Shown here: positions 1-11,099 of the stretch, piece after piece
How positions within the stretch are numbered: position 1 is the first letter of the stretch
Layout: each line of letters opens with the position of its first letter
From: Klebsormidium nitens
Lineage: Eukaryota; Plantae; Klebsormidiophyceae
Direction of reading: 5' to 3'
NCBI GenBank assembly: GCA_000708835.1
Contig: DF237712.1
Location: 1-35,503 of the forward strand
DNA length: 35,503 bases
Translations under genes and position numbers: made by a program
Notes under the pieces: generated by a model
Database searches by the model: none
Told to the model about the DNA's origin: nothing
The model's input: only the letters and a program-made list of their open reading frames with translations

Positions 1-55
1 CATTGTGTGAACTTGATTGATTGAATATCACTTCCAACAACGCTGTGTTTCAACA
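1..55 (+). repeat. 3' end (U5) of a copia LTR, family A
   Basis: Ends ...GTGTTTCAACA. Exact reverse complement of 35321-35375 and homologous to the end of the LTR at 5567-5941. Abuts pol sequence directly with no PBS. Confidence 0.85.
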
Positions 56-1044
56 AGGACACGTGCTTCCTTGTGAAGAAGCCGGAATTGGCGGGGTTAT
101 GGCACCAACGGTTGGGACACGCCGGGTACGAAAATTTGGCGAAAATGGTGCAAGGCGATCTCGTGGAAGGGGTCGGCGTGAAACCGAGTGCGTTCAGAGC
201 GCTTAAAACCTCGGTGTGTGAGCCTTGCATTATAGGGAAGCAAACTAGGCTCCCCTTCCCGGAATCCGACTCGATGAGCAAGAGCTTCTTGAGCTAGTCC
301 ACCCAAACAACTGCAGGCCAATGCGGTAGCCTCGGTTGGGAGAAGCCGGTAGTTTGCCACGTTCTTGGACGACTACAGCAAACTCTCAGTCGTAGTTCCC
401 ATGAAGCAGGAGAACGAAGTGGCCAAGGTCACTGAGCACGTGATCAACCGGTTGGAGTTGCAATTGAGGTAGAAACTCAAATCGGTGCGGACGGACTGGG
501 GCAAGGAGTACGTCAACAAGGCCCTTGAAAACGTTTTCGGGGGTAAGGGGACGGTACACGGGAAATCGGCCCCCTATAGCGCCGAGCAAAATGGGTCGGC
601 AGAACGGCTTAGATGGGATTCGGAGAAGACCCGACCCGGGCAATGCTTGAGGTCTCGGGAGTGGCCAAAAACTTGTGGGCGGAAGCTGTGGTGACGGCCA
701 ATTACACCAGGAACCAAACGCCCGCCGTGAGTGCCCATGGGCGGACTCCCTCGGAAGTTTTCTTCGGAGAAAAGCCGAATGTCGGGCATATGAGATTCTT
801 GGGGCCCGACTCGGCATTCCGCCACGTCCCTAAGCAGCGAAGGCGTAAGCTAGATTGGTGAGCGAGCGATTTGTGTTCGTGGGGTACGAGCCGGAATCGA
901 AGGCGTAGGGGTTGCTCCCAGATCGTGACGGGACGTCAATCATTTTCCGAGACGTCATCTTTGACGAGGGGATCGGAGGGGACGGGGTTGTCGGGCTTGG
1001 CCTTGACCCCACGGACGGTTCTCAAACGTCGGAGGGTCACGGCG
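56..1044 (+). pseudogene. pol: Ty1/copia pol fragment: GAG-pre-integrase and integrase core, frameshifted
   Basis: LWHQRLGH...CEPCIIGKQ (HHCC zinc finger), VRTDWGKEY, APYSAEQNGSAERL, LWAEAVVTANYTRN, FVGYE, RDVIFDE, spread over several frames. Confidence 0.95.
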
Positions 1045-1453
1045 TGTTGGAATTACACGCTCATGCTTGGAGCCTACGGGGGATTCAACCACCCTCACAC
1101 ACAAGCGCCTTCACAAAAGAAGCGCCTTAACACTCACCAGGCATCTCTTAGTATGAGTTTTCGTCACAATAGAAACGTCCAAGCCATACTAGTCGAGTCT
1201 ACAATTAGCCCTCTATCCCCTCTTGTGTGCAACATCGACAATCAACGGTCGTCGCTCAATCAACCCTGAGCAAAGTACTCATCTCACGGCTAAGTTCTTA
1301 CAACTGCTCTTATGTAAAAACTCCCTGATCGACGGCTCACACTGAGTAACAAATCAACATCGAACGGTCTCAACTAGCCTAGCTAAAGCAGCTAGCCTAC
1401 CTCGGCCTAAACCAACAATTTGGCCGCCGCCTAACCCACCCCAACTTCCAACA
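1045..1453 (-). repeat. 3' LTR of element B
   Basis: TG...CA termini, matches 3338-3740, preceded on the minus strand by a short purine tract (GTGGGAA). Confidence 0.93.
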
Positions 1454-1489
1454 TTCCCACGCGGACCAGTTGTTGAGTGGTTTTCCGCG

Positions 1490-3217
1490 CTAGCCTCTAC
1501 GGCCCCTCTTCTTCTTGGCCTTCGGCGTCACGGTCACCCAACCCTCGTTCGCTTCTCCGCCCCCATACCTCACCGGCGCCGCTCGCGCACTCTCCGGATA
1601 GCGCTTGTCGCCCGTCCCCGGCGACGTCGCTCCCTCGCTCTCAACCAAAACAGTCCCCGGAACCATCCGTGCTCTCACGGCTTCCGCTGCGGTGGCTCCC
1701 ACGGTTTTTGTTGCGCCGCGCACCTCCGTCACCGGCTCCGTCGGGGCCTCCGTCTCCCCGACGCTCACACCTACCGGTTGGGTCTCTTTCAACCCGTCGT
1801 CTGACTCATCGTCCGACTCAACATCAACCTCAATGAAGTTGACCGGCTTCACCTCTACCCGCTTTCTCTTCGCAACCACCGGCGGTTTTCTTGCCGCCAC
1901 CCCAATCTTCCGCTCCACGTTGGCCGTCCCCTTGACCGCCAAAAACGCCCTTCTATTGTTATCGCAATCTCCCACAACGCATCACGTTGCACCGCCTCCA
2001 TACGGACCACACCTCCCGTCTCAAAAGGGTTACTCCTCTTTCAAAGGAGACCCTTGCCCTCGCGTCCATTGCTCTCCGCAAAGCAAACAATTTCGCCCAC
2101 GCCTCGGGCAAGTGCCAAACCTCATTCAAGGTTACCGTGCTCCACCCGGTTCGCGTCTCGCACTCCAAGCAACCATTCCAAACCCCACCGCCTTCAAGGC
2201 TTCTCCCCTAAGCCCCTCAATCTTCTCCGCACGCGCAAGCCTCTCATAGCTTGCGAATTGGCTCCTATCCGCCGTGATGTGTTGGGTGCTTCCTGAGTCA
2301 ACGAGCCACACCCCCGCCGGCGTCCGCGCCTCCTTGCGCCACGCCGTAAACGCACACCGGCAAACCCTTGCCGCTCCCGGCGGTCCTCACCGCCGCTCTT
2401 TGCACCAACCCGGGGCTTTCTACACACCGAGCTAATGTGCCCCTCTCTCCACATTTAAAGCACTCTGCGTTCGAGTTGCGGCAATAGGCCCGGACGTGGC
2501 CCTTCTCATCGCAAGCATAGCAAGTTCTCGTGTTGCCTCCTCCTCCTCCGGTAACTCCCCGCTCGCTTGACCCTTTGGCAACGGTTACCCCGTACCGTTC
2601 CCGCTTGACAACAAACGCCGAAGCTGGCATATTCTCCTCATCCCTCCCCTCCGGAGTTCCCATTTCCGCCTCCAACTTCAACCTTTGCTCCTTTTTTTGC
2701 ATGAGCTCGGGTTGAACCGCATCCAATGTCAACTCCATTTCACCCAACTTTGAAACCTCCACTAGAGTTGCTTAATGCTTAGGCAATCAGTTAAAGCATG
2801 TACTGCCAACTCTACCTCCTAGACGGTTTGCCCCGCCGTCTCCAAGTCCATCTTTACCTCGCGGGACTCTCCCACGTGTTCCGCGACTCTTCCTGGGTGC
2901 GAACTTCAAGCTCGTCAACTTCTTCCTAAGTTGAACAACCCTTGCGTTGCTTGTCTTCTCAAAATTTTCCTCAAGCTTCTTCAGGCCTTCACCGCCGTGT
3001 CCGCCCCCGCGAACAACTTCACATAGGCATCATCCGTGTGCATAAGCATCAAGCCTCTCGGTTGGCTTAACAACTTCTTCCCTTCTAAGGACTCCGGCTC
3101 TTCTAGCACACACAACCATCCTTTATAAACAAGGAGACCGCGGAACTTGTTCCCATGTGGATCAATTCTCTCCATTCAACACCAGGATCCGAGCCGTAGC
3201 CTTCTTACTCCCGCCAT
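1490..3217 (-). pseudogene. gag: Degenerate gag-protease ORF with an acidic then basic C-terminal tail
   Basis: Gag N-terminus (FRGLLVYKGW...HTDDAYVKLF), two CCHC knuckles (CYACDEKGHVRAYC; CFKCGE/GHISSVC), protease WLVDSGSTQHIT, then IEVDVESDDESDD...KRYP...WVTVTPKAKKKRGRRG*. Several stops and frameshifts. Confidence 0.88.
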
Positions 3218-3325
3218 CACTTCTAACGGTAACTATTTCCCTCACCGCTCCCAAACTCTACTCAAATTGTTCTCCTCCCCTTACAACGACCGCTTCATCC
3301 CTCGTTACCTAGGGTAGCGTCGTGT

Positions 3326-3337
3326 GCGCCCATAACT
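3326..3337 (-). promoter_or_regulatory. Primer-binding site (half tRNA-iMet type)
   Basis: AGTTATGGGCGC directly after the 5' LTR on the minus strand, a variant of GGTTATGGGCCC. Confidence 0.8.
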
Positions 3338-3740
3338 TGTTGAAATCACACGCTCTTGCTTGGAGCCTACGAGGGATTCAACCACCCTCACACACAAGCG
3401 CCTTCAAAAAAGAAGCGCCTTAACACTCACCAAGCATCTCTTCAAATGAGTTTTCATCACAACAGAAAACGTCCAAGCCACCCAATCCAGTCTACAAATA
3501 GCCCTCTATCCCCTCTTGTGCAACATCGACAATCAACGGTCGCCGCTCAATCAACCCTGAGCAAAGTACTCATCTAACGGCTGAGTTCTTACAACTCCTC
3601 TGATGTAAAAACTCCCCGATTGACGGCTCACACTGAGTAACAAATCAACATTGTACGGTCTCAACTAGCCTAGCTAAAGCCGCTAGTAATCGCGGCCTAA
3701 ACCAACACTTTGGCCGCCTAACCCACCCCAACTTCCAACA
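3338..3740 (-). repeat. 5' LTR of element B
   Basis: Matches 1045-1453, is followed by the PBS and gag, and is flanked by the TSD. Confidence 0.93.
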
Positions 3741-5546
3741 CGGCGTACAGGTTCACACGGAGGCCCAGGAGAGGCCAAAATTTGAATATGTGCTCGAGGG
3801 TGACGCGGCCGCGGGTCTTTCACATACGGGCCAAATGAGGGCAAGTTGAAACTGTGCGCGAGGCCCGGGCCGCGCCGGAAGAGACCGAGGAGGACATTGG
3901 GATGCAAACATCGGCAGCCCAGAGGTCCCAGCGCGTGAAAGACGCGTTCCGGGAGAGTGGTACCGCGCTAACTTAGCGGCGGAACGGAAAGCGGGGGAGC
4001 ACCCCAAAGGGACGGGGGAGCACCCAGAACCGCAGATCTATCAGGAAGCCGTAGAGGAAAATGAGAGTGTACTGTGGCGGTAGTCGATGTACGAGGAGAT
4101 GCGGTCTTTGTTGGAGACCGGGACCCGGGAGCTCGTCGAAATCCGGAAGGGGTGAAGCCGGTTCCCATGAAGTGGGAACCGATACAAGATAAAGCGGGTC
4201 GCTCTCGGAAATGTGGAGCGGTACAAGTCCCGGCTGGTGGCGAAAGGGTACCTGCAAAAGCAGGGATTGACTTTGAGGAAGTTTGCGCTCCGGTGAGCAA
4301 GCACACCACATTGGGTGCTTATTAGCGGTGGTCGGAAAGAGCGACTTAAAGCTGCATCAATTGGACGTAAAACCGGCGTTCCCCGATGGGGAGCTGGAGG
4401 AAGAGATCTTCATGGAGCAGCCGCAGGGATACGCGAGGCGGGCCCAACATGGTCTGCCACCTCAAGCGCACTTTGTACGGGTTACGCCAGGCGCCGCGTG
4501 CATGGCACATGCGTCTGAAGGAGGAGCTCGGGAACTTTGAATTTGTGGCGTCAATGGCGGACCAGCGCTCTTCACGGGAATAGTAGCTGGGGAGCGGGTC
4601 TACCTGGTGGTGTGGGTGACATCCTCGTTGCGGCCCGGGGAACGGACCGCCTTGCCAAGTAAAGGCGCATTTGAGGGAGAAGATCGACGTGCGCGACTTG
4701 AGAGAGGCAAAGTACTTCCTCGGGATGGAGCTAACGCACGATAGGGAGGCGCGCACCTCAAAGCTAAAGCAAAAGAAGCTGATGTGAGAGCTTTTTGGAC
4801 GGTATGGACTAGCGAGCGCTTGGGCGCGCTCGGTCCCTCCCGAAACAAGGGACAAAATAATCAAAGAAGGTGAGCCCCTGGACATAAAGCGGTTTCCCTA
4901 AGTACAAGGAGTGCGTGGGGAGCCTGTTGTACTCGAGTTTGTGCACTAGGCCCGACATTGTATAGGCAAGGGGCGCGCTTGCGCGCTTTATGGCGGGGCC
5001 GACAGAGGAGTATTGGCGGGCGGCGCTTGAAGTTGTACGCTATCTAGTGGGTAAGCAGAGCACGGGGTGAACTTTGGGGGGAGCGAAGAGACTTTCATCG
5101 CTTATTGCGACGCGGATTACACGAGTGACGTGGACACGAAGCGATCAGGCAACCGGTACGTTTTTCTGATGTACGGGGGGGCGGTGAGCTGGTCGAGTAG
5201 GCTGCAGCCAACGGTGGCGGCCTCGACGGTCGAAGCGGAGTGCATGAGCGCAAGCGGTGAAGGAGGCGCTGTGGTTCCGCAAGCTCGGGGGAGATCCTGA
5301 GTGGAACATCGGGACGGTCCGGATCTACTGCGACAACCAAGGGGCAATACGGCTCCTCAAGCACCCAATCGCTTCACAACGATCTAAGCACATTGACGTG
5401 GTTCATTACTTTGCACGGGAGCGTGTGGCACGCAAGGAGGTCGCGGTCGCATACTGCAGGACGGAGGACATGAGGCGGACATCATGACTAAGCCGTCAGC
5501 ACCGGGGAAGTTCAAGAAGTGCAAGAGCGAGATTGGAATTCCATAA
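3741..5546 (+). pseudogene. pol: Ty1/copia pol continuation: IN-RT linker, reverse transcriptase, RNase H
   Basis: [94 protein letters not shown]. Stop at 5544-5546. Confidence 0.96.
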
Positions 5547-5559
5547 GTCATTAGTTTTT

Positions 5560-5566
5560 AGGGGAG
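5560..5566 (+). promoter_or_regulatory. Polypurine tract
   Basis: AGGGGAG immediately before the LTR start TGCTGAG. Confidence 0.75.
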
Positions 5567-5941
5567 TGCTGAGATTCGGGCATTTAGTGTGCGCGATCTC
5601 TTGGGTTCGACGACAAGCGGTAGTTAGCGGTTGGCGGTTAAATGCGCGCGGTTAAAGCGTTACACCCGAATGGCTTCTTGAGTAACCGTCGTAAACGAGT
5701 AGGTTCGATAACAGCCGTAAATATTCAGATTGCGCGGAAGTTTCGGACTTGCTTGTCAGCGGTCAACAATCCTACTAGGCTATTAGTGGAGACCTAAACG
5801 AAGAGTGTGACTCCACTTGAGGGAGTTTAGCATAGTACACAGACTGCATAGCTTTAGCGCCGCTATACTCCGAAAACTCGATATGTATTGTTTGCACTTG
5901 ATCATTCGATCATTCATTCCCAACAACGCCGTGTTTCAACA
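5567..5941 (+). repeat. 3' LTR (family A, older copy)
   Basis: TG...CAACA, lies after the PPT, homologous to the reverse complement of 35321-35503. Confidence 0.88.
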
Positions 5942-6135
5942 AAAACTATCTCAGGATCTGAGCTGGTAATGTGTCGCTTCCATCAAAGTTCGCGAAGCTA
6001 GTACATGCCTCTGTGAATGAATAAATCTTTTGAAGCTACAAACAACTTTGGTAGTTACTCCGATGAACTTCGTTCGAGAAGATTGGTGGCCATGGGCTAT
6101 CAAAGCCCAATGATAAAGGCAAGCAATTAATGGTG

Positions 6136-6360
6136 GTTGAGTTTTAACATGGGGTTTTATCCGCCGCCACATACAAGCGGCTTCACAAAGATACTTCTAC
6201 TTTTTTGCCAAGCATCTTTGCGAATGAATTGTGAGGATTCTGCATCTTTATTACCCTCAACCCACTCAAAGCCGATGAATTCCATCATTGATCCACGTAT
6301 TGCACTCCGCTGGCAGGATGCGAGTCCTCCATCAACATACTACATAAATACATAGTAACA
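6136..6360 (-). repeat. Degraded LTR remnant related to the B/G/H R-U5
   Basis: CAAGCGGCTTCACAAAGA...CAAGCATCT resembles CAAGCGCCTTCACAAAAG...CAAGCATCT of LTR B. Confidence 0.45.
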
Positions 6361-7632
6361 CAAAGTTTGATTCAATATATTACGTGAGACCTTTTTGCCG
6401 TCACCTACTTGACGCCACCGGTCGACATGGGCGCCGCCTCTTGCACACTGGAAAATTTGAAAACGAAAAGCTGAAAATGAGAAATGAGGTTGGATCGGCT
6501 TGCTTCTATAGACCAGAAAAGTGGGACCGGTTTCGTGACTCGGTATCCTGGAACCTTCTCATGGAACTTGGAGCAAAGGTCGCCTTCTAAGTGTTCTACA
6601 ACAGTCTCGAGCCTTCTGGTTAATTTGGATATATCTAGACTAAAATATACGCTGGAAGAATATCGGATTTTTCAGTCAGTTTCAAAATGACGTCTTTCTG
6701 GTTTCTTTGAAGCCTAGGGTTGGTGACGTTGGAGACCCCTTATACGATTTCTGTTCCATCCTGGCGTGTTTTTGTGTCAAGAAACCCTCTTGGTCTTTAT
6801 TAATTTGCTGTGATGAGCGTGAACAGCACAATCAAGAGGGGAAAAAATACCGTACTTGCACAGTACATGCGGCGTCGCACGTTTGTAATCAATTCTCAAA
6901 GCCGTTGATGTTTAGCTTCTCAAACTTTCTTCAATCTTTTCCAATTTCCTAACCTGAAGTTTATTGTATGGAAGTGGGAGTTGATCAAATTATCGCCAAC
7001 AAAGTCAAAAAGTGTCAAACGGTGAAAAGGAAGCTTCGGAGAGCGTTGCAAAACCATGGAACCACGGATGGACAAAATTGAGGAGAAAGTCAACCGATTC
7101 CATAGGCGAAGGCAACAAACGTGTCGCAAGAAAATGCACGTGTAGGCGCTAGAGGAGTACGACGAGAAAAACGACAGTTTAGTTAGAGTGATTTGAAAGC
7201 CAAAGAAAATCGTACAAGATGAACAAAGCTTTATCTTCGTAAATGCTAGAATTCAAAATGCACCTAACAATATGTTTGCATGGCTTGATTAATGAGAGAT
7301 GGAGTTGATTGACGGCCAAAGTGTTGAGTTAGGCTCGATACATTGAAGCCGTAGGATCGTGAGTTGTGTCCTTTAATATCAATCGTAGGATTGTGGTTTG
7401 TGTTGTGTAGTATCGACCGTTGGATTAGAAGTTTGTGTCGTTGAGAATCGACCGTTTGATTGCGTGTTGACTTGATTGTGGATCGTCAGATGTGAGTCGA
7501 CTCGAGTAGTATAGTAACCCGACCACTAGTAGTACTGTACTACCGACCACTAGTAGTATAGTGCCCCGATTACAAGTCCGAGTGGTATAGGCATATTGTG
7601 AGTAGTAGAGTGACCGGTTGCTGGAAAGGCAT

Positions 7633-7675
7633 CCCAAAACACCCCCCCCACGGTTTCCATATGGAATGCATATGA
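7633..7675 (+). repeat. Left TIR
   Basis: CCCAAAACACCCCCCCCACGGTTTCCATATGGAATGCATATGA. Confidence 0.88.
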
Positions 7676-10600
7676 AGCTCGAGCTGGTAGAACCTCGTAC
7701 GGCGCTGCATGGAAGTTTTGATTCGCGTCCATGTGAAAACGGCATGCAAATCATGAGATCGGTTTTCAAATAGATTCCAGCCAGGAGTTAGCATGGAAAC
7801 CGGACAAAAAAGTCGTATGGACACCGAGCGGGACACCGTATGGAAATCGTGTCTAGAAATCATGCCAAAAGTGTAGGAGTGCGGCGCTTGTGAACATCAT
7901 GCGGATTCCATGTGGAACCTGGCTCCGAAATCTGTTTCATCTTCACATAATTCCCAGTATCGTGGTCACCATATGATATCCATGCGGATTCTTATCCTAG
8001 GACAGGATAATTGACAGGCTTGCCATGCATGGGTATTGAGTAGCACAAAGGCCGCATGCCTTTGGAAGTTTTGCTAGTGGATAACACACTGCATGGGCTG
8101 CCAAGGCATCTTCAAATCACCGACTCGTAAATCTTGCATGTCAACGTCTTTCACATTATTACCAACACGAAACACGGATAGCTTCAAAACGATGTGAAGT
8201 GCTAATTGTAAGTTGGCGCTGAAGAGTCACGGTGGCAAATCCTTGGTCTTCATGCTTGATTGGTATCGTCGAAGCTTGAGCGGAACGCCTTTACCATCGT
8301 GGAAGCCGCCACTACCGGAGCTTGGCTCTGCCGGACGAATGATGCCTGCCACAAAGGACGGAGGAGTGTGAGTCAACAGGCTCGGCGACCATTGCTATAT
8401 TTTCGAAACTCGCGTACTTAGAAACCACAAAATAAAGGCCCTTGTCTTGACGGCAGTGCTTTCGGGATGCACGCCTTCAAGTACATCAAGACCTTCTGCA
8501 CTCAAGCGACTCCATGGCCGCGAAGAGAAGTAGACGCAAGACAAGAATTTGTCGTTCTTGTGGTCTGCAGGTATGTAGCAACTGCTGCGGGCCTCAGCGA
8601 GGAAAGCCGAAGGGACAATGATCGGTTCCACCAAGTCAATTTGATGAAAGTGCATGATTCTAACGATCGTGGAACTTTGCCCACATAATCGTTGACGACC
8701 CGGCCTAACGTGTCCAAACGTTGAAAGATGAACGAAGCAAGTGCAAAGAGATATTTACGCGTCCAGCAAAGTGCCACGTGTCAGTCCACCTTTGATATTT
8801 CCTCCGCGGGCCATATGCGGGTCAGTTAGGGAACAAGCGCAACTCGCCAGGTTGAGGACGAAGAGTGACGAAGGGCGGCGAGTTACGCAGGCAACGCTGC
8901 GCCACCGCACAGAAGCGTACGTGCACGCGTGCACGCAGCCGCCGCTCCCGAGCTCCAGCCCTGCCGTGTGATGTCCGTGAGTGGTTGCGCGAACAATTGT
9001 CCCTGGAATCAAGAATTCGACATGAGTTCCAATCACTATCAAAAGGAAGGCAAAGGACTCCGAGCCTTTGTGACCATCGGAGTGGCTTTTGTGTCGCGCA
9101 TGCTGCGCAATGAACGCCACCATGCTAGTTGATCCCCACCAGAAGCGCGGATCGAAACGTGACTGCCACTTTAATTCATGTCTGTTCTGAAGTGGTTTCG
9201 AATACAAATAACCGGTTCCAATCATCACAACTTTGAGCATCCAGATGTAACTTTTGAGAGGTGTCTCTCAGCCCGCCAACATGCCTCATACGAAATAGCC
9301 AATCTAACGTCAAAAATTTCTGAAAGCCGCGTGTCGGAGACCTTAGAATGACGTCAGCAATGACGGTGTGACGTCAACAATTTTCCCTAGGACAGCGAGT
9401 GTTTCAGCATGGGCCAGTCGAAGATCTTCTGTAGAGCAGTCTTACGTCGGCAACCCTCTAATGACCCGTGAACCAGACCTCGAACAGACGCCCGCGATAC
9501 ACTGTACGTCAGCACAATCTCACCTAAAACAATCAGCCGCAAGTGCGGCAGGTGGCTCAGTCGAGCTTCTCAAGTCAACAACTTTTCAAAACCCGTAGCT
9601 CTCAGAAGTAAAGTTATCTCAGACCCTCAGACTAACGCCAGCAAGAACGGTGTGACGTCAGCAGACCCTCACTTAAGACGATATTTGCGAGTGCGGCAAC
9701 GTGGGTGAGTTGAAGATGTTGTAGAGCACCGATTGGTTGCCCGTCACGAGCACATCCAGTTCGCCAACCAGGACCGCGAGCGAGTGGCGCACAAATTCGG
9801 GCCTACCACGTGGCGCTCCCTCGGAGCTGTTGGAACCGCTTCAGGGCGGCCTTCCAAGGGCCCAGGTACCCACTGGTCAGAGCCTCCTGCAGCGCGATAG
9901 TGATGTCAGCACACAGAAGATTCAGCACGTGATTGACGTCAGCCAGGATTCACATCATGATGCAGGTGGAGGGCGATACGCGGCTTTATCATTTTATCGT
10001 AATCCAAATTGCTCTCCTACTAAGACCCTCGATGACGACGGGCGGGTGCTTTTAGCAGCCACGTGGCCCCACTTGCAACATTTTAAACACTCTTTTTTGG
10101 AACCATTAAACAGTAATAGAACTCTTACTATTTCAGCAAGCACGGCCAACGTGTGGGCCAGTACTCGGAACGTCAATTTCAATTTGTTGCACGAGGCATC
10201 AACAGAAAGAGACGGCCCTAATGTTTGCTGCCCAAAGGCCTTGGGGAAGGCCTTGATATGACGTCTGCAACCGGATCCGCTCAGCAAGAAACGATGGCAT
10301 GGCTGCAGGGTAGTCGCATCGAGAACTGGGTTGCACTCTCTTGTCAAATGAAGCAGACAACTCAGCACATAAACCGAATTACTCTCTGATGAACCGAAGG
10401 GGGGATCGAACCGACTACGCGCTTAAGTTGATTAATGGATTGAGATACGCCTCATCAGGCTTTCTGCACTTCAACAAGTCTGAAGCCGCAAAGAGAAGCA
10501 GATGCGAGATGCACTTGAAGGAACGTTTGTGAGAGGGCCCTACCTGTGCGGGCATACACTCGAACTTGATGGCATGCTTGGTAACGTCAAAACTTGCTGA

Positions 10601-11099
10601 CGACGGCAACTGAGGCGCAACACGTTGTACAAGTTCGCAACACGTTGTACATCTGCAGCCACAGAAATGAGTTTTAATTTCCGTGTCTGAACCTCCAAGG
10701 AGGATAGCGTATAGACTGTCCTGTTCGTACGACTTCACCCAAGGTGGCAACTGGGCTTTTTACTCTCACAATGTTGCATCGGAGACCTGGTCGCGGAAAA
10801 TCCTCTCTTTTCAGCAACTTGGACGGGTTTGAAAAAGAGCATCATCGGACAGTAATTCTACGTTCCACATGGCAGGAGAACAATAGATTGACATATGGGC
10901 CAAGCCTTTGCTGTTGAACGTACTTCAGCCAAGTACACTCCTTTTGAAGAGGGTGGCCGAGCTTGAGACGGACCAGGTTTTAAGACCGAAGCCCCCTAAA
11001 GTGAGTTTACAATCCTGCCCCGTCTTCAAGGCGTCGTACAAATTGAAGTCCCCGCCTGTTCAAAATGGTCCCGTTCATATCTTGCAAAAATAGACGGCC

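Larger units (their letters stand above)
1045..3740 (-). mobile_element. Nested non-autonomous copia element (gag + protease, no IN core, RT or RH) with family B LTRs
   Basis: Direct LTRs at 1045-1453 and 3338-3740 (TGTTG...CAACA, about 90% identical by eye). Perfect 5-bp TSD CGGCG at 1040-1044 and 3741-3745. The host pol resumes after 3740. Confidence 0.95.

Noticed and set aside
1-55. Cognate 5' LTR of the copia at 56-5941
   Set aside because: No PBS or gag follows, it is clearly diverged from the 5567-5941 LTR, and it is identical to the far-end copy, so it is a younger nested insertion.
8520-8590. FYVE-like zinc finger (RICRSCGLQVCSNCC)
   Set aside because: Short, in a stop-interrupted frame, lacks the R(R/K)HHCR core, and a strong splice donor falls in the middle.
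8920-8935. 16-bp palindrome CGTGCACGCGTGCACG
   Set aside because: Isolated, low-complexity, with no associated structure.
10800-10930. Possible copia RNase H tail (IDIWAKPL, similar to ADIFTKPL)
   Set aside because: Only one weak motif; insufficient without a search.
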